41,465 nucleotides of DNA from a virus (Duplodnaviria > Heunggongvirae > Uroviricota > Caudoviricetes), in the IMG/VR virus record IMGVR_UViG_2917881069_000006, one strand, 5' to 3'. The notes below the pieces were generated by a model, which ran no database searches, was not told the origin of the DNA, and was given only the letters and a program-made list of their open reading frames with translations. The position numbers and the translations under genes were made by a program. Numbering within the stretch: position 1 is the stretch's first letter; each line of letters starts with the position of its first letter. Shown one piece after another: positions 1 through 10,268 of this stretch.

Positions 1-318
1 TCATCGAAACAACAGCCAGACCAGCAGACACGCTATCACCGGCACAGCAAAATCCATCAGGCTTGCCACATCCCATGCACGAGGATCAAAACCGCCCCAC
101 CACGGCATATTCATACGCTTGCCATGCCCGAACATTTCAATCCAGCGATATTCTGCCTGGGTATGTTCACGAGCGATGAAGAACGTACAACCAGCTATCG
201 CACCGTAAGCCCAGTTTCCGGTAAAAAGACCAACCAGTACCTGCGCAGCCACAGCACAAAGCGCGTGAAGGAAAGGTGTTATATCCATTTTCATCCTACC
301 CAATAAAACGGGACTCAC
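1..318 (-). CDS. hypothetical small hydrophobic protein (family not recognised)
   Basis: 105-codon ORF whose stop codon is window positions 1-3; two hydrophobic stretches (CAVAAQVLVGLF, AVPVIACLLVWLL); start ambiguous (Met codons at 318, 294, 288). Confidence 0.35.
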   Translation of the reverse strand: MSPVLLGRMKMDITPFLHALCAVAAQVLVGLFTGNWAYGAIAGCTFFIAREHTQAEYRWIEMFGHGKRMNMPWWGGFDPRAWDVASLMDFAVPVIACLLVWLLFR

Positions 319-330
319 GGCCCCTTAATA

Positions 331-1372
331 TTATTTAGACGCAAGCGCCGCCTCAATTGCAGATAATCTTTGTCTTAATTCTGCGTTTTCTTCTTCCAGT
401 GCTGTTATTCTGTCGTCTGACTCTCTGGCTACCTGAACAAGCAAGCCAGTAACACCAGAATAATCTACTGTGTAGTAACGCTCGCCTTCTTCCCCTTCCG
501 AGCCGTTTCCACCGTCCTGATATTTCATTGCGGAGCCTACAACTTCCGGGATTGCTTCCAGAGCTTCCTGTGCAATGACACCTGCATAGGGCATACCGTT
601 TTCCTTAAGGGTATAGGTATAGCCGTTCATCTTGCGGATACGATCTGTTGCATTATCAATCACCTGAAGATTATCTTTCAGATCCCGGTCGGAAGCCTGG
701 TTAAAGGCGGTGGCATGACATGCACCATTAACAGCGAACGCATAGGTATTATCGGTTTGTTTCTGACCGTAGAACATATAAGCGCCACCATCAACACCGA
801 CTTCATAAACAACAGGACGGCTGGAGTTGCCCCACAATTTAGCAGTAACACCAGCATAAGCGGTTCCCTGTGTGTTTAATGTCATGGTTGACCCATGATT
901 AGCGTATTTGATTTGTAATGTGTCTGTGTAGTCAAACTTAATAAGCGCGTTACTTCCCCGCACACCATACGACATGAGACAGTTCCCCATCTTAAGGTAA
1001 CCATCACTGCCTGGAAAAATTAATGTTCCGCCGTAAAGATTACTAAAGTCCCACCAAATACCCTTTTCGCCATCTTTTACGTGTAGTCGCGCCATTGCAG
1101 CTTCATCGCCTGCAACATTTTTTTCGGGTATAAAACTCAGTATATACATCGATTTTATCGGCAGTCTTATGAATTGAACGATGTTTACCACCAAAGACAG
1201 TACCAGTTGTCGGCAAGGTATTATCTTTTTTGGTAGCATCCCAATCACCTAAAACCTCGCGTTTACCATCAACATAGGATTTTGTTGCGTAGCTTTCTTG
1301 ATCGGTTTTTAATTTACTAACATCGGATTTTAGCGTTTTGATGTCATCAGGAATTACTGTTACGCTCGCCAT
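331..1372 (-). pseudogene. tail fiber protein with C-terminal intramolecular-chaperone (peptidase S74-like) domain; frame broken at an A7 run
   Basis: Protein-like N-terminal frame (MASVTVIPDD...TVFGG...DVYTEFYTR; RBS GAGGGG before ATG at 1372) stops just after the homopolymer at 1118-1124 (T7 on plus, A7 on minus). The adjacent frame continues KNVAGDEAAMARLHVKDG... to a C-terminus with S74-chaperone-like signature (SDRDLKDN...YTVDYSGVTGLL...ALEEENAELRQRL). Span is 1042 nt (3n+1); A6 would give one ORF of about 346 aa. Confidence 0.5.
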
Positions 1373-1382
1373 GTATTGCCCC

Positions 1383-1661
1383 TCAAGCCCATTCACGAAG
1401 CGGAGCATCAAGAATCACTACATTTCCGGAAAATGGTGATGCGTCCAGCTTTTCATCTAAGATTCTAATATTTACAAAATAACCGTCGCGTCGTTGATAA
1501 ATTGGTTCGTCGTCGGCAGTTCTGCCGACTTCATCGAAAGCGAATCCAATTTCATCAATCAGGAGTTGATCTTGCAATACTTCGTTATCTTCCCAATTAA
1601 TTTCATTCAAGAATGCTTTATAGTCTTCCCGATCTCGAAATTTCAGTGTTAAATCTTTCAT
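1383..1661 (-). CDS. hypothetical protein, translationally coupled to stf (possible fiber assembly or accessory protein)
   Basis: 92-aa ORF; its ATG overlaps the stf stop codon (ATGA junction at 1658-1661); acidic protein, no recognisable motif. Confidence 0.4.
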   Translation of the reverse strand: MKDLTLKFRDREDYKAFLNEINWEDNEVLQDQLLIDEIGFAFDEVGRTADDEPIYQRRDGYFVNIRILDEKLDASPFSGNVVILDAPLREWA

Positions 1662-3738
1662 TCTACTGATTCCCCCATTTGTGCATCAGTTAACGCTTTA
1701 TGCCAAATCCTGAAATTTCGGATGTGTCCGAATATATGACGCTCACCAGTACTGGTTTGCCCACCAAATCTTATCGTAGCAGTTGGTGCTACATGAATAT
1801 AATCTGTCCTTGCAGACGATGAAAAAACAGAATTGCAAAACGCTTGAGTATCTCCATTTTCTTTACACCTAAATCCAGAGATAAACTTTCGATTTGTTGT
1901 TTTTACATACTTATTAATTCTTGTAGCGCCATCACCCATATCAACATAGGGCGATCCAGTATCAACCGCAGTCCCACCACGTAGACCATAAATTATGGCC
2001 TGCCCCGCTTTTTGACCAGTAAAATCCATTATTCTAGGTGCGGCATTTGGCGGAGAATCCCATTCCCAATTAAGATTGGTTTCGCACATTACAGTAAGCG
2101 GTAAATTGTAGATGTTGTTTTTGATTGGGATCGTAACTAAGTCACTCGCTCTTGTCGTTGTCGCAGATCCAGAAATAATAAAAGAAGAAGCACTGCTACC
2201 AACTTCAAATTGCGGTGTCGTTATCATCCACTGATCACCAATCTGTATATCTCGTTTATGCGCACCAACTTCAATTCGACCATAAAATGTTTTGTCTTCT
2301 GCGGTTTTATAAGTCAAAGATACAAACAACCATCCATTGGATTCAATTTTAGTATATACTTTCGTCGAGCTTCCGCCTGCAGGAGTTCCTAAAACTTCGC
2401 CCGTTTCCGCATTTATATAGGCATTCGAAGAAAGAGTATTACTAGAGCCATCCTCATTTACATAAGCAATCCTCGGATATACTGTCAGAATCCCATCACC
2501 AGCAACTTTTTTAACTCGGAAGGATATTGTAAGTGATTCCCCTGCCTTTGCTGGCATGGATCTTGGATATCCAGTTGAAATAAATGTAGCGCGTCCGGTA
2601 GTGCTTGTTTCGGCTGCAACATTAATAAGACCATAGGTAAAACCAAATTCATCTTTACCATTGGTTATATTCAATTGTGCGGCTTTATTCCATAACGACG
2701 GATTATTAGAATCTGCAAATGAATTGCTTCGTTGTCCTTCAATCAGTAAACCATCTTTTTCAAATCGTGGTTCGTCGATTGCTGCAATTTTCAGTTCCCC
2801 GGATTTATTGATATATGTAGCAGTTGATGCACGTTTAAACTTAACAATCTTGTCGCCAGGCATCGTTATTTCATCGTCACCAATAACAATCTTTTTATAT
2901 GATGGCGAAAAGCCCGTAATCATATCCAGCGAATCATTAAACGGAATCCAGACATCAGGCAACGGCGGAACTATATTCACATATGGTTTTACAGTCACTT
3001 CCGCTGCCGCTTCTGCGCGGTCTGCCGCCGCTTCCGAACGTGTCGCCGCCGCGACGGCTTCATCCTTTTTCTGCCCGGCCTTTGTTGCGTCTGCTGCGGC
3101 CTCCTGCGCTTTTGTGGTGGCGATTCCGGCATTTTCAGCGGCTGACTCTGCATTACGGCGGGAAGCCTCTTCACTGTTTGCGGAGGCTTCTTCTGACGCT
3201 CGGGCATTTGTCTCTGAACGTTCTGCTGCTGTTGCTGCGTTTTGTGCGGCTGTTTTTGAAGAGGCTGCCGCTTTCGCGCTGTTACCTGCATTCGTCTCTG
3301 ACGTTTTCGCCGCGTTCTTCGATGATTCCGCTGCAGTTTCGGATTTCTTTGCCGCCGCTGCGCTCTGAGAGGCAGCTTCAGCGTTTCGTGCCGTTTCTTC
3401 CAATATTTCCTCAAAACGGCGCAATGCCTCAGGCATGACATCATCTTCCGTCATGGCACCGAGAAAATCATTCAGCGTACCTGGTCTGGAACCTTCATAG
3501 ACGGTAATGATCCCGGCATGTGAAGGCGGAAAACCTTCAACCAGCAGGGTGACGCTGTACTGGCCATACTCAACATCCATGCTGTACGCCCGGCTTCATC
3601 CGGATTTTCAGAGGCTACCGTGTTCACCAGTACCGTGGTGCTGTTACGCTTTGCCTTCAGTTGAATAGTGCAGTTCTGTATTGGTTTTCCCGCACCATCT
3701 TTCAGCACACCTGAGATTTTTACTGCTGCCATATCCAC
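1658..3738 (-). pseudogene. stf: side tail fiber protein Stf, N-terminal 50 codons out of frame with the body
   Basis: N-terminal fragment MAAVKISGVLKDGAGKPIQNCTIQLKAKRNSTTVLVNTVASENPDEAGR matches the lambda Stf N-terminus, then changes frame near 3584-3588; the body (640-aa ORF from MDVEYGQYSV...) carries the Ala/Ser/Glu-rich KSETAAESSKNAAKTSE repeats typical of Stf and a divergent C-terminal receptor-binding region. Confidence 0.6.
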
Positions 3739-3796
3739 TCCACAAAAAAGCCCGCCTGAACCGGCGGGCTGTCATAACACTGTGTTACCTGGCTAA

Positions 3797-4396
3797 TCAG
3801 AATTTATAACCGACACCCACGATAAAACCGTCAGTGCGCCAGTCGCCACTGCCGGAGCCTTCATAAGCAAGGTCAATGGCCACGGATTCGGTCGGGTTAA
3901 ACTGCACGCCAGCCCCCCACGCCAGAGACGTGTTGCTGTGGCGACCGTCATCACTTCCGGTCAGCACATCGTGCGTTTTCCCCTTGTTATCAGTTACGCG
4001 GAGATAATCCCCGGAAAACGTCGAAACACGGCTGTAAGCCACACCCGCCATCGCATAAGCACTGAACCATTCATTCACGCGCACAGATGGCCCCGCCATC
4101 ATGCTGAACCAGCGGTTACGCACTGAATCTTCATGCCAGCGGGTATCGCTGTAACGGGTAATCTGGCGATTCTTGTCTCCGGCATAGCTGAATGACGTCA
4201 CCAGCCCCAGCGTGTTCGTAAATTCATAACGGTATTTCACGTTAATTCCCTTCAGGTCATCGTTGCCGGGCATATCTGTATGGGACTGAAGATACCCGGC
4301 GCTTAGTGTGGACTGATGCTCTGCTGCACTCGCTGGCGTACCAGCGGCGACCAGCCAGACTACTGCAGACAGAATAACAGCACATAATTTACGCAT
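3797..4396 (-). CDS. lom: Lom outer-membrane protein (Ail/Lom family)
   Basis: 199-aa ORF with signal peptide ([24 protein letters not shown]) and beta-barrel-like alternating pattern ending in aromatic residue (GVGYKF); lies between J and stf as in lambda. Confidence 0.85.
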   Translation of the reverse strand: MRKLCAVILSAVVWLVAAGTPASAAEHQSTLSAGYLQSHTDMPGNDDLKGINVKYRYEFTNTLGLVTSFSYAGDKNRQITRYSDTRWHEDSVRNRWFSMMAGPSVRVNEWFSAYAMAGVAYSRVSTFSGDYLRVTDNKGKTHDVLTGSDDGRHSNTSLAWGAGVQFNPTESVAIDLAYEGSGSGDWRTDGFIVGVGYKF

Positions 4397-4463
4397 AATT
4401 ACCTCTCGCTTTTCTGCAATAAAAAAGGCGCCATTTCTGGCGCCCGTATTTGGGTTATAAAAT

Positions 4464-7400
4464 TCAACTGATACTGATACCGGCGGTTGATTTCTTCATC
4501 ACGACAACCAGCAAATCGCTGATGCTTGCGGTGGGATAATATTTTCCATTTGAAGCTGAAACTGAAAACTCCAGAGTTATCCCTCCATAACCTGCTGGCA
4601 TATCCATGATGCCTGTGTAAATGGCTGTAACATCGGTGGTCGAGTTATCATAAATTACAGTGCCATTCTTTTTTACAATAAGGCGACAGGATGAATAGTA
4701 TTCACTGTTTGTGGATGCCTGCCGGTGCTTCGCCCCACAAAACGCGACAGCAGGAATAACAATTTGCCGGTCAAAAGGTTGATCGTCATAAATCCTGACG
4801 GTAATGGTCCCTGATGGCCAGCGTTCCGGTGCTCGGGGATCTCGCGGGAAAGCCTTACCTACCGTTTTAACAATATCGCCTTCAATCTGGTTGGCAGACA
4901 GTTTTCCCAGAATCCGACAGTTCTCGTTAATCGTGACATTATTGAGCGTCCCGGAGTTCGCATTCACGTTACCGCTGATATCGGCATTTTTCGCCGTCAG
5001 CCGCCCGTCCGGTGTCAGGGAAAATACCGGCGGATTGCCGCCGCTGGTAATGGTGGGAGCCGTCAGATACTTCAGGAACACTTCGTTCATGAATATCTGG
5101 TTGCCCTGCGCCACAAACATCGGCGTTTCATTCCCGTTTGCCGGGTCAATAAACGCGATACGGTTAGCGGCAACCAGGAACTGGCTCAGTTTACCTTCCT
5201 CCGTATCCTCCATGCTGAGGCCAAGCCCCGCGACATAATGCCTGCCGTCTTCGGTCTGCTCAATTTTGACGCCCCACATGGCATTCCATTTATCGTTGGC
5301 GTCTTTCCACTCTTTCGAAAACTCCTCCAGTTTGCTGGCGTTATCCTCCGTCAGCTCGACTTTTTCCAGCAGCTCCTTGCCGAGATGGGATTCGGTTATT
5401 TGGCCTTTGAAAAAATCCAGGTAACCTTCCGCATCATCGCTCGCCCGACCGACAGCTTCCACGAATGCCGATTTGCCAACGGTGTTCACACTGCGAACGT
5501 AAAAATAATAATCATGGCCCGGTTTGATATTGATACTGGCGGCTATCCAGTACAGCGCCGTGCCAAGATAGCGGGCTGTGGTTTCAACCTGCCTGATATC
5601 CGCAATCCGCTTTTCCGAGAACCAGAACTCAAACTGTACCGTCTGGTCATAAACGGCAAGATGCGGCGTTGCGGTTATCTGAAAATAGCCCGGCGTCAGC
5701 TCAATCCGCGACGGTGCTGCCGGTGCGGCAATCCGGAACGATACCGACGCCGGATCGCCCTGCTGCCCCCAGGCATTTACCGCCCGGACTGTCAGCCTGT
5801 AGTTTCCCAGCGCCAGTTGCGTGAAGCGGTATGTGGTTTCCGTCGTCCGGGCCGTGCTGACCAGCCGCTCACTGCCGTCATCCGCTGCCACGGTCAGGCG
5901 AAGCATAAAGCTCACACCCTTCACCACCTTCGGCGTGTCCCATCGCGCCAGTACCTGATATTCCCCGCTGTCTGCGGTGACTTCGGCAGTCAGGTGCTGC
6001 ACCGCTGGCGGCGTGACACCATTCACCGTGCCGCTCTGGTCGCCGTCAAAGTGCGCCCCGTTATCCACGATGGCTTCTTTTTCCGGTACATGCTGCACGG
6101 CGGTGATGGCATACGTGCCGTCATCGTTCTCACGGATACTCACACAGCGGAACAGGCGCTGACGCAGCGTCGGCAGCTTCAGCCCCCACACGCTGTATTC
6201 GGCAACGCCGTCAGGAACACGGCTCACTTTTACCTTCACGCCGTCGGTGACGGACTGGACCTCCACGCTGACCGGATTGCCATTTCCGTCTACCAGGCTT
6301 ATCAGCGTGGTGCCGGAGGATGGCAGCATGATTTCACGGTCGAGCGTCAGTGTCCGCGTCTGGCTGTTCACCGCCAGCACGCGCCCGCCGATGCTGATCC
6401 CCGCATAGTCATCATCACAGATTTCAATGACATCACCCGGTACATGGCGAAGCCCTTCTGCACCCACGCTGAAGTCCACGGTCTGCGTTTCCAGCAATTC
6501 CGTTTTAATCAGCCACAGCCCGGCGCGGTGCGCCTGCCCCCGGCTGGTACAGCCAAAGGCATCCATCTTCGTGACGTTACGACCGTAACGGGCAATGGCC
6601 TGCGTGTCCTCCACAAGCTCTGTTGCCGTTTCCCAGCCGTTATTCGGGTCAATCCAGTTCACCTCAACGGCATTATGGCGGTCCTTCAGGGCGCTGAAAC
6701 TGTAGCGGAACGGCGCGCCATCATCCGGCATCACCACATTACTGCGGTTATAGGTCCACACCTTATCCGACGGTCGGTCCTGCACGAACGTCAGCGTCTG
6801 CCCGTTCCATACCGGCATACAGCGCATCGCCGAGCAGAAATCACTGAGAACATCCCACGCCTTACGCTGTGTGGTCAGGTAGGCATTACAGGTGATGCGC
6901 GGCTCCGTGCCACCAAAGCCATCCGGCACCGACTGGTCGCAATTCTGGCCGATGACATACAGCGCCCATTTGTCCACATCCGCCGCACCGAGACGCTTCC
7001 CCATGCCGTAGCGCGGATGGGTCAGCATATCCCACAGACACCAGGCCATGTTGTTGCTGTATGCCGGTTTAAACGTCCCGTCCCAGATACCGCTGTATTG
7101 CCGCGTCTGCGGGTTATAGTTCGACGGCACCTGCAGAATGCGCCCGCGCAGATGATAATTACGGCTCACCTGCTGGCTGCCGAACTGCTCCGAATCCATC
7201 TGCACGCCGACCAGTGCCGTGTTCGGGTAGCACTGTTTCACATCGATGATTTCGGTGTATGACGACCAGAGTGTTTTGTTCTGCAGCTGGTCTGTGGTGC
7301 TGTCCGGCGTCATCCTGCGCATCCGGATATTGAACGGGCGCGGCGGCAGGTTATCCACCACCACCGAGGCCAGATACTGCGAGGTGGTTTTGCCCTTAAT

Positions 7401-7862
7401 GGTGATGTCTTTTTCTGTCACCCAGCCACCGTTACGCTGGATCTGAACCAGCAGGCGGACTTCCGATGGATTCCGGTCCCCCTTTGAGGTGGTTTCCACC
7501 AGTGCCTGCACACCGAAGATAAAGCGCAGACGGTCGATGTTTGCAGACGTGATGGTCCGGGTGATCGGCGTGTCATATTTCACTTCCGTACCCAGCACCG
7601 TCTCGGATCCGGAGGATTCAAAACCCTCCGGCGGAGTCTGCTCCTGCTCACCTGCCCGGAACACCACTGTGACACCGGAGATATTGGTATTACCCTCACT
7701 GTCCAGCACCGGCGTACTGTTCAGCAGCACGCTTTTTAATCCATCTACCGGACCTTCAATCGGCCCTTCGCTGATGGCATCGATCACACTCAGCAACTGC
7801 GTGGACTTCAGGTTATCCTTCGCTTCGCGCGGGGTATGCCCCTTACTGCTGCCTTTACCCAT
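4464..7862 (-). CDS. J: tail tip host-specificity protein J
   Basis: 1132-aa ORF, same length as lambda J; position after I; fibronectin-III-like central region and C-terminal receptor-binding part. Confidence 0.93.
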   Translation of the reverse strand: MGKGSSKGHTPREAKDNLKSTQLLSVIDAISEGPIEGPVDGLKSVLLNSTPVLDSEGNTNISGVTVVFRAGEQEQTPPEGFESSGSETVLGTEVKYDTPITRTITSANIDRLRFIFGVQALVETTSKGDRNPSEVRLLVQIQRNGGWVTEKDITIKGKTTSQYLASVVVDNLPPRPFNIRMRRMTPDSTTDQLQNKTLWSSYTEIIDVKQCYPNTALVGVQMDSEQFGSQQVSRNYHLRGRILQVPSNYNPQTRQYSGIWDGTFKPAYSNNMAWCLWDMLTHPRYGMGKRLGAADVDKWALYVIGQNCDQSVPDGFGGTEPRITCNAYLTTQRKAWDVLSDFCSAMRCMPVWNGQTLTFVQDRPSDKVWTYNRSNVVMPDDGAPFRYSFSALKDRHNAVEVNWIDPNNGWETATELVEDTQAIARYGRNVTKMDAFGCTSRGQAHRAGLWLIKTELLETQTVDFSVGAEGLRHVPGDVIEICDDDYAGISIGGRVLAVNSQTRTLTLDREIMLPSSGTTLISLVDGNGNPVSVEVQSVTDGVKVKVSRVPDGVAEYSVWGLKLPTLRQRLFRCVSIRENDDGTYAITAVQHVPEKEAIVDNGAHFDGDQSGTVNGVTPPAVQHLTAEVTADSGEYQVLARWDTPKVVKGVSFMLRLTVAADDGSERLVSTARTTETTYRFTQLALGNYRLTVRAVNAWGQQGDPASVSFRIAAPAAPSRIELTPGYFQITATPHLAVYDQTVQFEFWFSEKRIADIRQVETTARYLGTALYWIAASINIKPGHDYYFYVRSVNTVGKSAFVEAVGRASDDAEGYLDFFKGQITESHLGKELLEKVELTEDNASKLEEFSKEWKDANDKWNAMWGVKIEQTEDGRHYVAGLGLSMEDTEEGKLSQFLVAANRIAFIDPANGNETPMFVAQGNQIFMNEVFLKYLTAPTITSGGNPPVFSLTPDGRLTAKNADISGNVNANSGTLNNVTINENCRILGKLSANQIEGDIVKTVGKAFPRDPRAPERWPSGTITVRIYDDQPFDRQIVIPAVAFCGAKHRQASTNSEYYSSCRLIVKKNGTVIYDNSTTDVTAIYTGIMDMPAGYGGITLEFSVSASNGKYYPTASISDLLVVVMKKSTAGISIS

Positions 7863-7922
7863 TCCTCACGCTCCATAAACGACAAAACCGCCCGGAGGCG
7901 GTTTCACATAAAACATTTTGCA

Positions 7923-8594
7923 TCAGCGACCAATCACCACAACCTGACCACCGTCCCCTTCGTCTGCCGTGCTGATCTCCTGAGAAACCACCCGCGACCC
8001 CACGCGCATTTCACCGTACAGAACAGGCAGGACATTGCCCTGGGCAACCATGTTATCCAGTGAGGAGAAATAGGTGTTCTGCTTACCGTTATCCGTTGTC
8101 TGTGTGCGGGGAGTTCTGGCTTTTGGTGCCAGCATCTGAGCCACACCGCCGAGCACCATACTGGCACCGAGAGAAAACAGAATGCCGGTCATACCACCGG
8201 CACCAATGGCAGCCCCCCATGCTGCAAGGGTGGCTCCGGCGGTAAAGAATGATCCGGCAATGGCGGCTGCCCCCAGGACAATCTGGAATACGCCACCTGA
8301 CTTGGCCCCTGCGACTCTGGGAACGATATGAATCACAGCGCCATCAGGCAGAGCCTCATGTAACTGCGCAGTTAATCCGGACGTGCTGACATCCTGCCCG
8401 GCAATCCGTACCTGATACCAGCCGTCGCTCAGTTTCTGACGAAACGCAGGGAGCTGCGTGGCCAGCGCCCGGATGGCTTCGGCCCCCGTTTTCACTCGAA
8501 GGTCGATGCGGCGGCCAAATCGTTGCAAATCCCCGTAAAGGCAGATGCGTGCCATGCCCGGTGACGCCAGAGGGAGTGTGTGCGTCGCTGCCAT
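7923..8594 (-). CDS. I: tail assembly protein I
   Basis: 223-aa ORF, same length and position as lambda I; overlaps K by 103 nt as in lambda. Confidence 0.85.
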   Translation of the reverse strand: MAATHTLPLASPGMARICLYGDLQRFGRRIDLRVKTGAEAIRALATQLPAFRQKLSDGWYQVRIAGQDVSTSGLTAQLHEALPDGAVIHIVPRVAGAKSGGVFQIVLGAAAIAGSFFTAGATLAAWGAAIGAGGMTGILFSLGASMVLGGVAQMLAPKARTPRTQTTDNGKQNTYFSSLDNMVAQGNVLPVLYGEMRVGSRVVSQEISTADEGDGGQVVVIGR

Positions 8595-9235
8595 TTGTCG
8601 GTATACCTCTCTCGTTTGCTCAGTTGTTCAGGAATATGGTGCAGCAGCTCGCCATCACCACAGTAAATGGCGGCATGATTCGGCACCGATGAACCAAAAC
8701 AGCACAGCAGCACATCGCCCGGCTGCGCCGCTGACAACGGCACCTGATACAGCCCTGTGGCCTCCAGATTATCCAGATAGAGATTCTGACCGTTACGCCA
8801 CCAGTCATCCTCACGATGAAAATCCGGCATCTCAATCCCCGCCAGATGGTAAGCATCCCGGAACAGCGTGTAACAGTCCGTCACCCCGTGCTCAAAGAGC
8901 CGCCCGGTGAGATGCGGCACGCAGCGGAACTTATGAATCGCCCCCCGGCAGACCAGCCACCACTGCAAATCACTCTGCACCTGCAGTCGCCGGTCGGCCT
9001 CACTCAGCCAGGGCAGACCACCGGGATGGCTGTGCACCAGCGCCACAATCTCACCCTGCATTTCTGCCCGCAGCCAGTCCTCCGGCGACATCCGGAAATA
9101 ATCCTCCGGCTCACCGGAGATATTCACGCAGGGAAAATATCTTTCCCCCTCCGGCGTTCTCACCACGAAGCCGCACGACTCCGCTGGCGCACATCGCCGG
9201 GCGTGCGCCAGAATCGCTGATTCTGTCTCTGTCAT
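8492..9235 (-). CDS. K: tail assembly protein K (JAB/MPN plus NlpC/P60-like)
   Basis: 247-codon ORF; the 199-aa form as annotated in lambda would start at the internal Met at 9091; Cys/His motifs of JAB and NlpC/P60 domains (HSHPGG, CGFVV). Confidence 0.85.
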   Translation of the reverse strand: MTETESAILAHARRCAPAESCGFVVRTPEGERYFPCVNISGEPEDYFRMSPEDWLRAEMQGEIVALVHSHPGGLPWLSEADRRLQVQSDLQWWLVCRGAIHKFRCVPHLTGRLFEHGVTDCYTLFRDAYHLAGIEMPDFHREDDWWRNGQNLYLDNLEATGLYQVPLSAAQPGDVLLCCFGSSVPNHAAIYCGDGELLHHIPEQLSKRERYTDKWQRRTHSLWRHRAWHASAFTGICNDLAAASTFE

Positions 9236-9240
9236 GGGAT

Positions 9241-9939
9241 TTACTGCGAAAGTTTGTTAATGGAAAGGAAGCCGCCAAAGTTGCCGACGTTATTGCGAAA
9301 CTTACAGCCACTCAGGCATTTGCTGCATTTATCCTTCGTGATATCGGACGTCGGCTGGTCATATTCATCCGCGACAGCCGGACCATTATAACCGCACTCA
9401 TCACCGCGATAGGTCCAGGTGCAGGTGTTGGCCAGCATGATGCGCCCCGGAAAAACGGCACCATCCGTTTCCGTCGGTGTGGACAACACAAAGGAGGCAC
9501 TGACCGCGCTCAATTCGCTGCACTGCTCGATGCGCCAGCGGCTAATCACCTCCTGCTCCGGATCGGCGTCGCTGTTTCCGTTGACGAAGTTCACCGCATC
9601 CAGAAAACGGGCATAAACCTTACGCCTGACCACCGTTCCGCCGACCAGACTCTGCAGATCTTCCGCCATCCCGGTGACCATGCCATACAGGTTAGAAACC
9701 GTCAGCGTGGGGCGCGTACTGGTGCCTTTGCCATTCAGTTCGAAACCACTCCCCTGAATGGGATACGCCTGATACTGCCGCCCCTGCCAGGTGACCGGCT
9801 CACCTTTTTCGTTCTGCTCATTACAGAAAAAATAACGTTCTCCATCGACCTCTGTCAGATCGATCTCCCAGAGCACCACGCTGGCCGACTGCTCCGCACG
9901 GGTGCATTCATTCAGTGTTTCCTGCCGGATATCCTGCAT
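9241..9939 (-). CDS. L: tail tip protein L
   Basis: 232 aa, MQDIRQETLNECTRAEQSA..., lambda L-like with C-terminal Cys cluster; stop/start junction with M. Confidence 0.9.
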   Translation of the reverse strand: MQDIRQETLNECTRAEQSASVVLWEIDLTEVDGERYFFCNEQNEKGEPVTWQGRQYQAYPIQGSGFELNGKGTSTRPTLTVSNLYGMVTGMAEDLQSLVGGTVVRRKVYARFLDAVNFVNGNSDADPEQEVISRWRIEQCSELSAVSASFVLSTPTETDGAVFPGRIMLANTCTWTYRGDECGYNGPAVADEYDQPTSDITKDKCSKCLSGCKFRNNVGNFGGFLSINKLSQ

Positions 9940-10268
9940 CAGTTCACCACCTGTTTAAACTCTGCGCTGAACTCAACACGCAACATACTGACCCGCGACG
10001 TCCATTTTGCGCAGGTCACCTTTATCTGCCGCCAGTCATAAGGCGGCGTCCACAGAAAGGCTTTCCAGCCTCCGTGCTCTGCCAGAAACGATTCCAGCGC
10101 CGTGGCCTCCCAACGGGGGACAGAAATCGTCACGCTGTACGTTTTCAGGTTGGCATTCAGCCCGGCAGGCGCGCGCTGGGAGTAACCATCACCAAAGCGC
10201 ACCTCCCTGACGGAAGGAGCCGAAGCCACATCCATACCCGGTTTCACTTTCCAGCGGAAGGTTTTCAT
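9939..10268 (-). CDS. M: tail tip protein M
   Basis: 109 aa, same length and position as lambda M. Confidence 0.9.
   Translation of the reverse strand: MKTFRWKVKPGMDVASAPSVREVRFGDGYSQRAPAGLNANLKTYSVTISVPRWEATALESFLAEHGGWKAFLWTPPYDWRQIKVTCAKWTSRVSMLRVEFSAEFKQVVN

Noticed and set aside
2661-3444. Three overlapping ORFs (plus 2661-3368, plus 2983-3438, minus 2995-3444) with low-complexity Ala/Arg/Leu-rich translations
   Set aside because: They lie antisense or out of frame within the Ala/Ser/Glu-rich repeat region of stf; composition-driven open frames, not genes
5238-7262. 674-aa ORF on the plus strand
   Set aside because: Entirely antisense to J, whose minus-strand product matches the lambda J length; Arg/His-rich nonsense translation
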